From the NCBI GenBank assembly GCA_004764695.1, contig SMSO01000032.1, positions 5,612,483 through 5,676,482 of the forward strand: DNA of 64,000 bases, in the 5' to 3' direction. Positions 24,195-36,633 of this stretch are shown here, one piece after another. Each line of letters opens with the position of its first letter. Positions within the stretch are counted from its first letter, which is position 1. The notes below the pieces were generated by a model. That model was not told where the DNA came from. It did not search any database and saw only the letters and a program-made list of their open reading frames with translations. Both the position numbers and the translations under genes were made by a program. This DNA is from Schizochytrium sp. TIO01. Lineage: Eukaryota > Protista > Bigyra: Labyrinthulomycetes.

Positions 24195-26383
24195 CTTGGC
24201 GAAGTAGGTTTGCTGTGCCACTAATGTCTTGAATTTATTGAATGTATTGAGTGTTTTGAGTCGAGATAGGTTGAATTGAGCGAGTGAATCCGCTCAAAAA
24301 CTCTCCTCTCGAATGCGAATATGCGAATTGAACCAAGTGGCAACGAGCGAGTGAACGCTTTGAAGTCTGTCTACCTTAACCGCGAGTTTCTCCGGTGTGG
24401 TCTGCGAAGCTGCTTAGAGAACAAAATTTTTGTTGGCTGCAATCACGACCTGCGAAAACAGTCCCCGTCAAGCTGTCGTATCCTCTCCACGTCCCGGGCA
24501 TACACCGTCATGCAGACACGATGGCGGCGTTAAAGAACTTTTTTCACGAACGAGAGGACTACCAGTCCTTTCTCCGCGACAACGGCGAAACGCTTGCTAC
24601 TCCTCACGAGCGACGTAACTGAACCAGACCTAGGTTTCCACGCACGAGATCAGGCTTTGATGCTCTTGGAGAGGCAGCAACCGGCGCTCAGGGAGCGAGA
24701 AAGAGGCGCGAAACAAAGAAGGAAACAAATAAAGAGGCGGAGAAGAAGAAGCAAGCAAACAAATAGACAAACAAATAGACAAATAGATAATCAATAACTA
24801 GATACTACAGTTTATCACTTATAGTCAAGCAATACATCAATCGATCAGTTTAAACCAAGAGAGTGAAACAACAGAGGGATAGTAGTGTGGTAAACCACTA
24901 AAGCCTACTTGCACCGAGGTATTTTCTACTGTGCGACCAGTTTGCTCCATTTGAAGGAAAGTTTATGTCACTTGTGAGGGGAATACTTCACTGTATCTGG
25001 CTCAAGGCCATTCATTCCTGTTGCTCAGTGGAGTAGGAGGGAGTTGCCACTGGACTAAAATATAGAGTTAGGAGGAGGTACAGAGGAATTTGACTTTGAA
25101 TTAGCAGAGTGGGAAACGCAGTGAGATACAGAGGAGTGAAGGGGGGGGAATTGTTGACAAAGCTGTAAGTGGGTACTTTTGAAAATAATCTTCAGTGGGG
25201 ACAAAACTTAAGCACACTGAGAATGAGATGACGCAGTGGAGAACAAAGAGAAGAAGATGAAGAGACTCATTGTAGGTTTAATAGGAGGTGCGCCCACTAG
25301 CTAACTGCTAACACCCACGTTATTACTTGCTTACCAGACGACTCGGAACACTAGGCACGTAGTTCAATCGTAGGCCTAATAACAATATGCTAACTGTGGC
25401 TATCCATCTTTCTATGTGGGTATTTGAGTCTTGGAGTTCTCCTCTTAGGCATATGCCTATTTATAACAGTGAAATCAATTGATTACGCGCATGGACAATT
25501 CAAGTGTGACCAAACTACGGGAAGCCTTAGGCGCGCAAGATGGAGCACCATCACACTCCTGTGTGGTAAGCGCAATTGTATAATCAGTCGAAAAAATATA
25601 GTCAACGTCCTGAGCTTTGCGGCCAGGTAGAATAGTCTGTTGAATTTTTGCCCTGTTCAACCTGGTGTTACTTTAACGGAGTTCGGTAAAATAGTAATAG
25701 GCACCATGGTAAATTTTTCTCAGGAGCAACTCACTCTTACCAATCAGAGGCAATGATAAGTTAAGATCTATACGTAAATAAAACCTCAAGTTAAACAATC
25801 ATTCATTGTGAGGATTTTGAACGATGATGAATGTTATAAAATTTGACTTGCTACAGTTCGTGCCTTGCAAATGTTACAATACAGTGCTATTTGCAATTTC
25901 TTGTGAATTGCTCAGTGCTGGATCTGTTCGCACTGCTCTTAGGTCCCAGAGATCTCTATTCATTGTTAAATATCCTCAGATGAAGATTCCAAGACCCATC
26001 CTACTCGCAGACCTCAATAATAAAAACAATTTCTTCACAACATATTTTGAAGCAACATGTTGAAACACATAGGCTTGCTGGTGAAGCCAGATAATTATGA
26101 TCGTCTAAAAATGCAAAGTACAACAGGTATATGGCACTCCTGTTCGCAAGCTTGTCAATGGAGCAACCGCATGGTAAGGGCATGTACTTGACTTTGTATA
26201 CTAGTGATTACCCAAGATGAGTTGGTAGAAGCTATTAGTGGCTAGGTAGTGTCTACTTAGTACGTAAAGTCAAGAATTCTAACCTGCGCAAAGGTTTAAT
26301 TTAAGAAACGCTGGACCTTGTCAACAGCTCTTGCTTCAAAGATTGTGAGCTGTGCTTGTAACTAAACTCACCCCAGTATTGTA

Positions 26384-27523
26384 ATGCGTGGGGTGGTGTT
26401 ACGGCCTGGGCGTGGCGCGGTCTTCGAAACCGATGTGCCAGAGCCCGAACTGACCTGCGATGATCTCGGACACAGCTGGGCTCTCGTTCGTGTGCTTCGA
26501 GCAGGCCTCTGTGGCACAGATATTGAGATGGTTGAGGGCTATAAGGGAGGATTTGAGGGTGTCTTTGGACACGAATTTGTCGGCGAAGTAGTAAAAATCT
26601 CTGGCGAAAACCATGGCAAGATTCACATTGGTCAGCGTGTGGTAGGTGAGATCAACATGCCATGCCACAAATGTGCAGTCTGCGCAAAGGGCATGGATAC
26701 AGTGGCTGCTCGCAACCACTGTCTTGACCGCAAGTGTTTGGGGATCTGGAATCATGGTGGTACATTTGCTGAGTTCCTGACGCTGCCTGTAGCGAACCTC
26801 TTTGCAGTGGATGACTCTATCCCAGATGAGATCGCGTGCTTTGCAGAACCTGTAGCAGCTGCATGCCGCATCACCGAACAATTAGAAAAAGAGTTCTTTG
26901 TGGGAAATCCTTTGCCAAACGCTCCTCCTCAGATTAACGTTGCAGTGATCGGGGATGGGAAGCTTGGACTCCTCATCACTGCAGTTCTCTTGGAGCAGTT
27001 GCCACGCATCGTTTATGACAAAGGCGGGAGGTCCAAAGTGACACTATTTGGACGTCACCAGGATAAGATTGATATTATTGCGTCCCAACCTTGGAAGACT
27101 GAGTTTGAGGCTGTACAAAGCACACCCGAGGCAATTGCGGCGCACGAGTCCTGCTTTGATTTATGCGTGGAGGCGACTTCTGCTCCTGCAGGCTTTGCTG
27201 CAGCTACTCATATAACGCGGCCGCTGGGTACCATTGTATTAAAAACTACGTGTTCGCCTACTAAAACTGATGCAGGCGGTGCAGAAGCAACTCTTGCAAC
27301 GTCGAATCAGGCCCGCACAGCCCTTGTTGTAAAAGAGCAGCGTGTTGTTGGCAGTCGTTGTGGCCCCTTTGAGCCAGCTGTGGCCTTTTTACGCGACAGT
27401 TCCTCAATCAGAGCCGTGCTCTCACAAATGCTGCAACATGTATATCCTTTAGAAGAATTTGCTGCGGCCATGGCAAAGGCTCGTAGTAAAGGTGTACTTA
27501 AAGTTCAACTCCAAGTAGCTTGA
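26384..27523 (+). CDS. Zinc-dependent alcohol dehydrogenase (MDR superfamily)
   Basis: Catalytic Zn motifs CGTD and GHEFVGEV, structural Zn CxxCxxC..C, GDGKLG Rossmann motif, GSRCGPF near the C-terminus. Confidence 0.92.
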   Translation: MRGVVLRPGRGAVFETDVPEPELTCDDLGHSWALVRVLRAGLCGTDIEMVEGYKGGFEGVFGHEFVGEVVKISGENHGKIHIGQRVVGEINMPCHKCAVCAKGMDTVAARNHCLDRKCLGIWNHGGTFAEFLTLPVANLFAVDDSIPDEIACFAEPVAAACRITEQLEKEFFVGNPLPNAPPQINVAVIGDGKLGLLITAVLLEQLPRIVYDKGGRSKVTLFGRHQDKIDIIASQPWKTEFEAVQSTPEAIAAHESCFDLCVEATSAPAGFAAATHITRPLGTIVLKTTCSPTKTDAGGAEATLATSNQARTALVVKEQRVVGSRCGPFEPAVAFLRDSSSIRAVLSQMLQHVYPLEEFAAAMAKARSKGVLKVQLQVA

Positions 27524-27961
27524 TGCAGCCCCTGGTCTTATGACAAGTATCAACTAAATATCTTTGATGTTCCTCACTTGTCTGGACCACCATTGTCTCA
27601 AAATCAAGTCAAGGCAGCTTGTTTATACTATCATAAAATAGACTATGAGGTCATATAGAGATAGCCAAGAACTGTGTGGGAACATTTCAAATAACGTTCT
27701 GATGGTTTGAGATTCAGATATACATTTGTACATAATTTTACAGCATAGTTTGTATCGGAACACTCCTTAGAAGTTGAGGGGGTGTCTTTTTAAATGACCT
27801 TTGTTCTTTTTGTTAAGAATATAAGATAAATTATATGCTGCGCTTCATGGTCATTGAGATTCGCAATGAGTAATGCTTCTTGAAATAATGTGGACGCTGC
27901 TTGGAATTGTCTTGATGTTATTACAAATGCCAGTAGAGATTTTCATATTCTACCATACTAA

Positions 27962-29190
27962 GCCTGTGCTAAATTTTCCAACTTCGACAAACGAGATACC
28001 ATTATCAGAAATGCCGAAGAAGCCGCAATTGAACGAGACGTTACTGTAGAACAAGTTCTCGAACATGAAGTTCTTCATCACGTGCATGGGGATCTTAAGG
28101 ATTACTGGGATCACTTCACGCCAGACAAGTACACGGACGACCAAATCAGAGACTTCAGGTCATCTATTGTACAGGTTTATGTGTACATGCTCCGTATGTG
28201 CGTCTGCTACGGTGTCTTGAGTACGACGGATCGCACTTGGTTTCTGAAACTGGACAAAGACAACAACTTACATGTTTCGCGGGTATTTAATGCCTCTGCA
28301 AACGGGAAAGATTCTGTCAAGCTTGCATACGCTGCTTTTGTTGTCAACCCGTTGAAAGAAGCAAAGCTTCATTTGACAGAGGAGCAACGAGAAAACATCT
28401 TCAATTCTGTTCCGTTTGATGGCGGTAAGGCGATCAAGGATATGAAGGAATGGGAAGACTCATACAACATACTTACCGGCAAAAGTTCTGGTAGCACTGG
28501 TATATTGAACTCAGTGGTCAAAGCAGCAAGGCACATAACAGGTAGAGGTAATAACAATGCTACCCAGAATATGAATACTACCACTTCCTCGAGCGACGAC
28601 GATGAATCGATGATCAAGAAGTTGAAAGCTCTCCAAGACTCACTGCTGTACACTGTTGCACAGTTCCCATATCGAAGCGGAGTTGAAGGTGTCGTTAAGC
28701 AGTACCCGATGGGTCAGTACCCGACCTCGGCGCATACAGTGGCATTCGGTGTCAATTATGTTGTCAAGGTTATGACTCCCAAGAACGACTCTAGGCAGTA
28801 TCAGATGGATGCGATTGCAAACTTCGAGAATGAAATGGCTGTGTATGAGGAACTGCGACCGCTGATGGGCATTTACCCCCGTTCTACTTGTTCGGTGGAA
28901 GGCACATGTTCAACAATTTACTGATTGCAATCTCGTACCACGGTGATGCACTTTCTCAGTTACCGAAAGCGTCGATCACCAGTGAGATCAAGCACAAGGC
29001 GCGTGTAGCACTGTCAGCTGTGCACGAGTATGGCGTTGCGCACAATGATATTCGGTTGAATAACTTTGTCGTTGACCACATTGAAGCGGTGAGGGTGATT
29101 GACTTCGGCATGGCAACGATTGGAGCAAGTGACAAGATGATTGCAGATGACAATGCTGCTTTTGACAAGCTCTTTGCATTTGTTGAATAA
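27962..29190 (+). pseudogene. Frameshifted, 5'-truncated REase-like + protein kinase gene (Crinkler/CR-effector type)
   Basis: The frame is open from 27962, just after a TAA, with no ATG in its first ~75 codons. It encodes IVQVYVYM..YGVLST..TWFL, then kinase YVVK and NEMAVYEEL. A shift at the C-run 28876-28880 leads into a second frame with HNDIRLNNF and IDFG. Confidence 0.65.
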
Positions 29191-30340
29191 TAATAATAAA
29201 TCCCAAACAAACGAGCAAAGTTTTAGTTTTAGTTGGAGTCAATCTTTTAAATCGGCGGGACGCGGTGGGACCACACATTTCTGGACAGTAGCGATGGTAG
29301 TACGAGCATGCACGAAAACACTGAGCAACATTGCGCATCTCACCACCATAAGGATTTTGACCAAAAGGGAAGAATTTCGTCGCCACATGCAGGCGCAAAG
29401 CATGCTCTCTCATCTCCCTCCTCAAACAATCCGAGTAAAGCTTGACAGGAACTGTTTCAAATTCACGAGGAAAGCGGTTTATCCATGGGTAATATGCCCC
29501 TACTATACGGTTATAATGATATAGCGACACGCGTTGAGGATAAACAGGATTGATGTTTATCAATGCAGCAGTCCACTTGGAGTCTGAATGAATCGAACTT
29601 TCTACGCAAATATGAGCATCACATGCCCAGTTCGTGATAAGTAGCAACAAGTCTAATAACACATGCACAATACTGAATGACCTACGCACGGTACGATCAT
29701 AACCTTTATGCCCCGTAAAGGAAATCGTGAGAAACCGAGGACGTGCGATGCACACGCACTTTTTTAAGATCGCACGCATTGCTTTTGCATCCAAATCATC
29801 GATAGTAAACGAGAGAAAGAGGAACCTTGTGCTATGTGTACACCGTTCTTCTATCCATTGGTCACTGCATTGTTCGATGTTATCATGGAACGTAAACGAA
29901 AAGCCGTTAATAGCTTGCGATCGTGTACAGAATTCAGATTCTTCAAACACCCGTGTTTTCCTACCGTCGGGTTCGCCCGGGAAAGAATAAGGATCGAGTA
30001 GAGGTACGTGCAATGGTAATACAAACAGTAGCAATCTACGGTCGACGAGACTTTGTGCTCGATACCAGGGGACCCGAAAATTACCAATTCAAGTTCTTCG
30101 AATTCACGATTCATAAAAGTCCTGCTATATACTTGTTCCAACGATTCGGTTTCATACAAAGGAGCGCCACTAAACTGATTCCCAATTGGGCGGATGTGTG
30201 AGACTTACTCACGAAATATTCTCCTTGGAACACCAACATATAGTGAAACTCTCGCAATATTGCGCGGTTTTCAATTCATGAGGCACCAACTCGAAACATC
30301 GTTTAAGTTGCTTCTACATCTCGTGCAAGAAAGAAGAGAC
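28988..30340 (-). pseudogene. Degenerate hypothetical gene (ORF pieces 29851-30159 and 28988-30034 plus an upstream fragment)
   Basis: Overlapping protein-like ORFs in different frames with non-ATG starts. An upstream stop-interrupted fragment reads KQLKRCFELVPHELKTAQYC. The 3' end runs antisense into the kinase. Confidence 0.4.
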
Positions 30341-31397
30341 CCAGAGTTTCGCCGCCGCGCGGAGCTTGTGTGAATCGGACTCGCTTTAAGGTTTTAACCT
30401 CTTCGCCAACCCACGAGGCACAAGCAAGGGAGCTTCAAATCGCCTTTCTGATAAACAGTCGAAGCATGTGGCACATAACGTTAGGAACTCGGTCATGGTT
30501 TGCTGATCTCGACCTTGGTATGTTCCTTTTTTAATTTGCTGTTGTCCTGAAGGGCATATACTAAGAGTAGCGAACTGAGATACTTGCGAGGTGGTTGTGG
30601 CATGTATATTCTTACGTCCTGCATTTGCGACTACTTATGTCGTTTCTATCGAAGGGTTTCCGCAAAACTTTCTTCTCTTCGTTTGCATATTTCTCGCTTG
30701 GTCGCCTGCAGTGTCAAGGTTCATGTTCATGCTTATGTTTATTTATTTTTTAATATCATTTTCTCTTTTTTTTATTCTTTTTTTTAAAAGAAAATAAAAA
30801 ACGTATTTTAAAAAAACAATTTTAAAAAAAATGCATTCTAAAAAATTAAATTAAAAAAAAAAAATCGAAGCAGAACATCGAGATCCATTGGTCAACCGTA
30901 GCCATCGCCGTGTTGCTGGTGCCGGGTCACACCTTTATCAGACAGAAGCTCACTTACCCAGCCAATTGGTGGCGCGGTTTCGATACCTCGTCCACGAAGA
31001 CTAAAGCGGTGGGCTTGGCCTTCAAGTTAGATTTTTCTCTTTCGCCAGTGCGATGCACTGTTCAACATTTAAATAATAATAAGAAGCAGAAAAATATTTT
31101 TTCTGTTTTGTGCCATTTTGCATTTTGAGAGGGCGATTGCAATCATGGACAATGTACATGGGTGCTCAGTGAGGTCCACGGAGTCCAACCATGAGCAGCA
31201 TGGACTCTTCACGCCGACGACCCCTACCTTCGTGTAACTGGTTTTGTTATAGTCAAAATTCGCATGCTTGCATGTTTCATGAATGAATGAGTGAATGAAT
31301 GTATATATGTACAACAAGAACACGCAATTAAGACAGCAAATAAGCCAACAAGCAGACAACCAGCTGCCTGCATTTGCGATGTTCAAATGATGGCGCG

Positions 31398-31424
31398 AAG
31401 AAGAAGAAGAAGAAGAAGAAGAAG
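31398..31424. repeat. (GAA)n microsatellite
   Basis: Seen directly in the sequence. Confidence 0.9.
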
Positions 31425-31645
31425 ATGAAAAAAAGTCGCTGCTCTCGCAAGGGCGGGAGCCTGATGGCTTTAGGCAAAGAGTCTACAAGAGATGCAGTGA
31501 ACCGTGAACCATGCATGGAAGCGGGCCGACAGCAAAGTGCAAACAGAAGGTACATGGGCACCTGTAGCCTCCAACTTCCCTGCCAGCGAAATCTAACTCT
31601 GTAAAGGAGAGCTGAGGTGGAAATTGAAATCAAATCAAATCAGAT

Positions 31646-31683
31646 CAAAACAAAACAAAACAAAACAAAACAAAACAAAACAA
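31646..31683. repeat. (CAAAA)n microsatellite
   Basis: Seen directly in the sequence. Confidence 0.9.
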
Positions 31684-33152
31684 CTCAGTGAATCAGAGCC
31701 GAGCGGACGATGGCGTTAGTTATTTCGAAGTAACTACCTAGCGTAGATACCTACGTAGTGCTTCGCCACACCAGTGGTTCGGTTATGCAGTGTTCAGAAA
31801 ATGGCATCCAGCAGGCAGCTTTGATATTGAGCAATGAGCACTGAGCTGTATAAGAATAGCAGAATCGTGGTTCGCATTTTTGCATCATCTAGTGACGCCA
31901 CGGTGAACAACAGAGCATCTCGGCGAATACCACCAGCTCGTGGCTTTGTCTTGAGGAGTTAGCTTAGCTAGCTCTCTTATCCTCCTCAGGGAACCGGTAG
32001 CGGAAGGTCAAAGCTAGGCCCAGCTCGGAGAAGCCAGCCGTGATGTCTTCAAAGTCAGGAATTAATAAAGAAAGTGTGGCTTGCTCAAGAGATCTTCGTT
32101 ATCAGGTAGGGACCGACCTTAGGGCTACAGATTCAAGACGCTTTGAAGGAATGAGTGGACAGTGACCTCCCTTCAAGTCGAAGTGGCATGAGCATGAATG
32201 AAGAGATGTGCGAGGAAGCGAAGAAAAGGAGTGATGAGTGCATCTATCGGTGGATGTAAGTGCTCATCGAGTAGAAGTCAGAATGCAAGAGCTGGGCTCA
32301 CGTTGTTGAGCGCCGGGGAAGTTACAAACGATTTAAGTTGAACAAATTCGAGAGTTCGCTCTAGTCGCTCCGCAGAGGGGCCTAGTAGTCCAGCTTGAGC
32401 ATTATACTTGAGGTTACGTACCAATGGGAAAGTGAGGAGGAACGCTATTGTTCGAGTTTTGATTTTCTAGTATCTAGATATGCATTAGCTAGTCCTGCGA
32501 GGCTAAGCTTGAGAAAACTTGACTTACAGTGAAGTAAACAGCACCTCATTTCCGAACCTGAAAGAAGGAAGCTTCGTCAGCAGAGCCGAGGGATGGCCAG
32601 TGCTGCGTGAGGCAGCCTCACTTTGTTACAAAAGGCTGCTCACAAGGTCTGCTCATATGGCTCACGGGGTTCTCGCAGCGAACGCCCTTCCCTTCCCTTC
32701 AATTCTATCTTTGCTTGCTTTTCAGGCAGCTTTAGCTCTCAAAGTGCCTACCCCCACGCTCTCTATTAATCTGTCTCCCATCGATCGATGATCACGTAGA
32801 GATGGATGCCCATGGTAATGTCAGAAGCGGGGCACTCTTAAAAACGAAACGAGGTCCCGCGCCTTCTCCACCCTAGCTGCCACTACCACCTAGCTAGCTA
32901 GCTAGCTAACAACCTGGTGGCTGCGCACGAAGAAAGGGTTTCCGGCAAACGAGACTCAGAACTACTCAGTTGGTCGTGGCACGCTCCTGGGACGGTTGCT
33001 GTTCTCTGCTTCAAGTCAAGGCGAGGCAGACCAGCATTAGTGCGGAGTCCCGAGTCCCGAGGCTGGCTCCAGCCGTAGCCAACCAAGCAACCAACAAATC
33101 TAGCTGGCTGGCCAAGGGCTCGGCGGCTCATCATCCTTGAACAGCGAGGCAT

Positions 33153-33198
33153 TTCATTCATTCATTCATTCATTCATTCATTCATTCATTCATTCATT
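33153..33198. repeat. (TTCA)n microsatellite
   Basis: Seen directly in the sequence. Confidence 0.9.
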
Positions 33199-35057
33199 CG
33201 AATTCTCCTCAGGTGGGATAGTATGTATATTCTGCACGAAATGCATTAAAATGCATCCACATCCATGTACTTACTTACTTACTATGTACCACGTGCATGC
33301 TTGCATTTCTATGAAAATGCAACCACCCGTGCATCCCGCAGCAGCGAAGAGGCGGGCAGAGTAGAAAATGGGCGGCGCGACACAGAGCGGGAACAGCGTT
33401 GGGCGCGGCTAGGATAGAATAGACGAGGCTGCCTCTTCTTAGTATTCTCTCGCAGCTTCGCCAGGGACCATTCCTTCGCACCGGGAGCTGAGCATTATTG
33501 GAGCTGACGTTGGATGGCACTTTCTAGATTTTTAATTTAAAATATTCTATATCTTTATTTACTTTTTTTTACCTGTTTGCTTTCAAAGGAATGTGCGAAA
33601 CACCGTTGTTTTCTCTGTCGTCTTTCTTGTTCTTGTTTCCCAGATCATGCAGCGAGAGTTGCGCGCAGATACTCGCTCACCTCGATAAGTACGTACCGCG
33701 AGCGGTTGGGGATAAACATATATTTGATGTATGGGCTAAACCCTCGTTGGTTCTTTATTCTTTCAGCCGCTCGCGAAAGGAAAGCATTGAGAAGGAACGA
33801 CGAACTTAAGGTCGAGGAAGAGCGAGCCCGAGTACTTTGCTCCGCAGGTCCGACTGTGGGAGCGTTCGCCTGGAAGCACGCCCTTCAGCCAGAAAGACAG
33901 CCGCCCAAGCCAGTGGAGTGAGTCAGCCAGCAAGCCAGACACAGACAGAGAGACAGAGAGACAGACAGATGGATAGATAGCTAGGTAGATTTACAGCTAG
34001 CTCTACACCATTGCCAAGGTAGTAGTGAGCGGGGATCCTTCACTGCGGGGAGAAAAGGAAGCTGCGGGAACCATACTTTATGTTTCTTTTATTTCTTGTT
34101 CTTCTTCTTTTTTTTCAAGTTCTACTTTTTGTAAAGTCGCGGTTGGCATTGTTGGTTTGTTGCAAAGAGGAAGAAGTTATAGCCCTCGCGACAAAATTGC
34201 ACCATAGATTTGTACATGCCGCAAGTTTGCATTTGATGAGGCAGTTGGCTTATGTCCTCGGGGTCCGTGAACTGTAATTTTGCTGCGTCCGAACATCTGC
34301 CAGAAGCATGGATCATCCGTTGATCGGCCAACAGCAATGTTACCATTGGAAGTGCTTGCAGACAGCCTTTTGCGCAAGCAAGCCGCAGCTTGAAGAATGT
34401 AAGGCGCAGGAAATTCAGGCCCGGGGCTCGTCGAAATCCGAACAATCGTTCCTTTCCTGCATCTTGCATACCTTGGATCCAAGGTAGAGAGCAAAGGTTT
34501 CCCCTCCTCTAGGTTTAGAAACTTGGCGATTTTTGTTGAAGCAGAGCTCGAGAGGCCTTATTTTACTTACTTCCTTGTTGGCTAATTTATTCCCGCTTTC
34601 AAAATCTAGCTCAGCGCAACTCACTTGTTTACGCAAGCCTCTCTGCGACAATGCCGAGGCGGCTCGATATATTTATATGATAAATATGTCTTTATTTTGT
34701 ATTTGTATACTGATTCATATGTTTTGAAGAAAAATGGGGCATGGAAATCAATGATCAGAATTCGGACTCCAAGGTTTAGCTAGCTTACTTTGGACAGTGT
34801 AATCTATATCGGGCTGGCGTTTCTGAGTAAAAACGATGACAAAGTTTACACAGTACCTGACCGGCCTTTGCACACTGAGCTTAAGCCGAATTCTGCAGAC
34901 GGGTGGTTGTCAACAACAACAACAACAACAGCAGCAACATCTCCTTCTAATATTACTAAAAAAAGCTGGGAGACCTTTTAATCTTAATCTTTCGATTCGC
35001 GTGAAATCTCGCCTTCTGAGTTGGAGGGCAACGCTGAAAGAGTCATTTCTACCATAT

Positions 35058-35087
<30 letters not shown>
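35058..35087. repeat. (GCAA)n microsatellite
   Basis: Seen directly in the sequence. Confidence 0.9.
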
Positions 35088-35088
<1 letters not shown>

Positions 35089-36414
35089 ATTAACTATCCA
35101 TTTATTAGATGAAACTGCCTTCCTACAACTGATTCCGGAAAAAGCAGCGCTTACCTTGGAGGAAATGCAACCTCAGGGCGAAGAGGGATCACGTTGAGCT
35201 CGCACGCATGGATTTGGTCGGCCTGAAGTTAATTCCCAACTACGCACACCTAAGCAGTACGTAGTGGTTTGTTTGGACTGTTTGCTCCACCTCATAGGAA
35301 CACTGAGTTTGCTGGTTGACCAAAGGAGAAACACAGCGCATCCTCCGCTTGAGGCGTTTGAAACAATTAGCCTTAGGAGTCAGAGCGTGCATCATCTGCT
35401 GTGTGACATATGAAAGTTGGCGTGAAATGGGCCCTCGCACTCCTGAGCGCCTGGCGGGCACGGGGTTATGACCCGTAGTGGTGGACGTCGCAGCATAAGC
35501 ACGGCACGGCACGGAGGGCGGCCTTTCTTGAGCTGCCCGTGGCTGAGGAAATCTCAAGGAAACCAAGTAACCAATCGCCCTGCTGTTCCAACTTTTATTT
35601 CAGAGTAGACTCCAAGGCTAGACCAAAGGCGGCAGCCCAGTAGCAGATAGTAGGTGGACCCTACGATACGACTCGCGTTTGTAAGAGTGTAAATGGCTTT
35701 CTCTCTTTGTCTTTGAAAGAAATTGGCTCTTGGGGCGCAAAGGGTTTCAGCAAGCTACATCAGTGCATGCGCTTGATGGAAGATGGTCAAGGGCAGAATA
35801 GAACGTTCGTGAAGATGGCCATGTTTTCAATGTCTTGTGCAGGATATGGAGGCGCCAGGCAATGGATACAGAGGAAGGCTTGCTCACGAGACGTTTGGAG
35901 ATGTGCAAGTCAGTCTTGTGGTTCTGCCCAGCGGCTTTTTTTCTGATTGTTTAAGAAGATTATTTCCTCGAGGTTCCCCTCAGGCTTTATTTATTTTTAT
36001 TTATTATTTTCTTCAGACTCACTCGCAGGTTACTTTTTTTTGTTAATTTGTTAATTTGTTAATTCTTTAGTAAGATTGTTTTTTGGTTTTGTTTGTGTTT
36101 TTTTACTCGTGCCCATTTATGAGGGAAAGTTTTCAAAAACTCTGTCAATGAGCAGCTTTGGCCGAAGTAGGCGCCTTCCTTAGTATAGTATATTGTTCTC
36201 GCCAAAATTGTGCTAAAGCTGGTGGGGCGCTACCGACTTGTGTCGAGAAGAGGAAAGGACAATTAAAGGTGTCTGCTTTCATCGATGAAATCTTATTCTT
36301 CCTAACTCATATGCATAATCTAGCATTTGGAAGATAGTGGCGTATGTTCATGCTACTATGCACTGTATTTTGATTATTTTTATTAAGCAGTAATGATTCA
36401 AGTTGTTTCTTGGT

Positions 36415-36452
36415 TTTCCTTCTCTTTATCCCATCTGTTTTTTGTTTTTCAG
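36415..36452 (+). promoter_or_regulatory. Probable 3' splice site of a 5'-UTR intron of the Cys-rich gene
   Basis: Long pyrimidine tract ending ...tttttgtttttcAG|gtatc, about 180 nt upstream of the ATG. Confidence 0.45.
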
Positions 36453-36633
36453 GTATCAAGCAAACATTAAAAGGAGAACTTGAGGGGCTAGCCATATCCA
36501 AAGACCAAGATTGGAGGTCAAGCAAATCCGAAACTCAAGCAACAGCAACTAAGGCAAAGGATCTAAAGTCCAAGAGACAACACAAACTCTAGATTTAGGT
36601 AAAGCACCTCAGCTACTACTAATTAATATTGCC

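Noticed and set aside
23010-24224. 404-aa plus-strand ORF and other long ORFs overlapping eIF5
   Set aside because: Antisense shadows caused by strong GC3 codon bias and the EKK repeat; they encode poly-L/F/S nonsense.
28870-28885. Programmed -1 ribosomal frameshift in the kinase gene
   Set aside because: No canonical X XXY YYZ heptamer in frame, and the gene also lacks its 5' end. Decay or a homopolymer sequencing error is simpler.
30964-31025. tRNA-like end on the minus strand (GGTATCGAAACC...CCACCA)
   Set aside because: No acceptor stem, D arm or anticodon arm can be folded.
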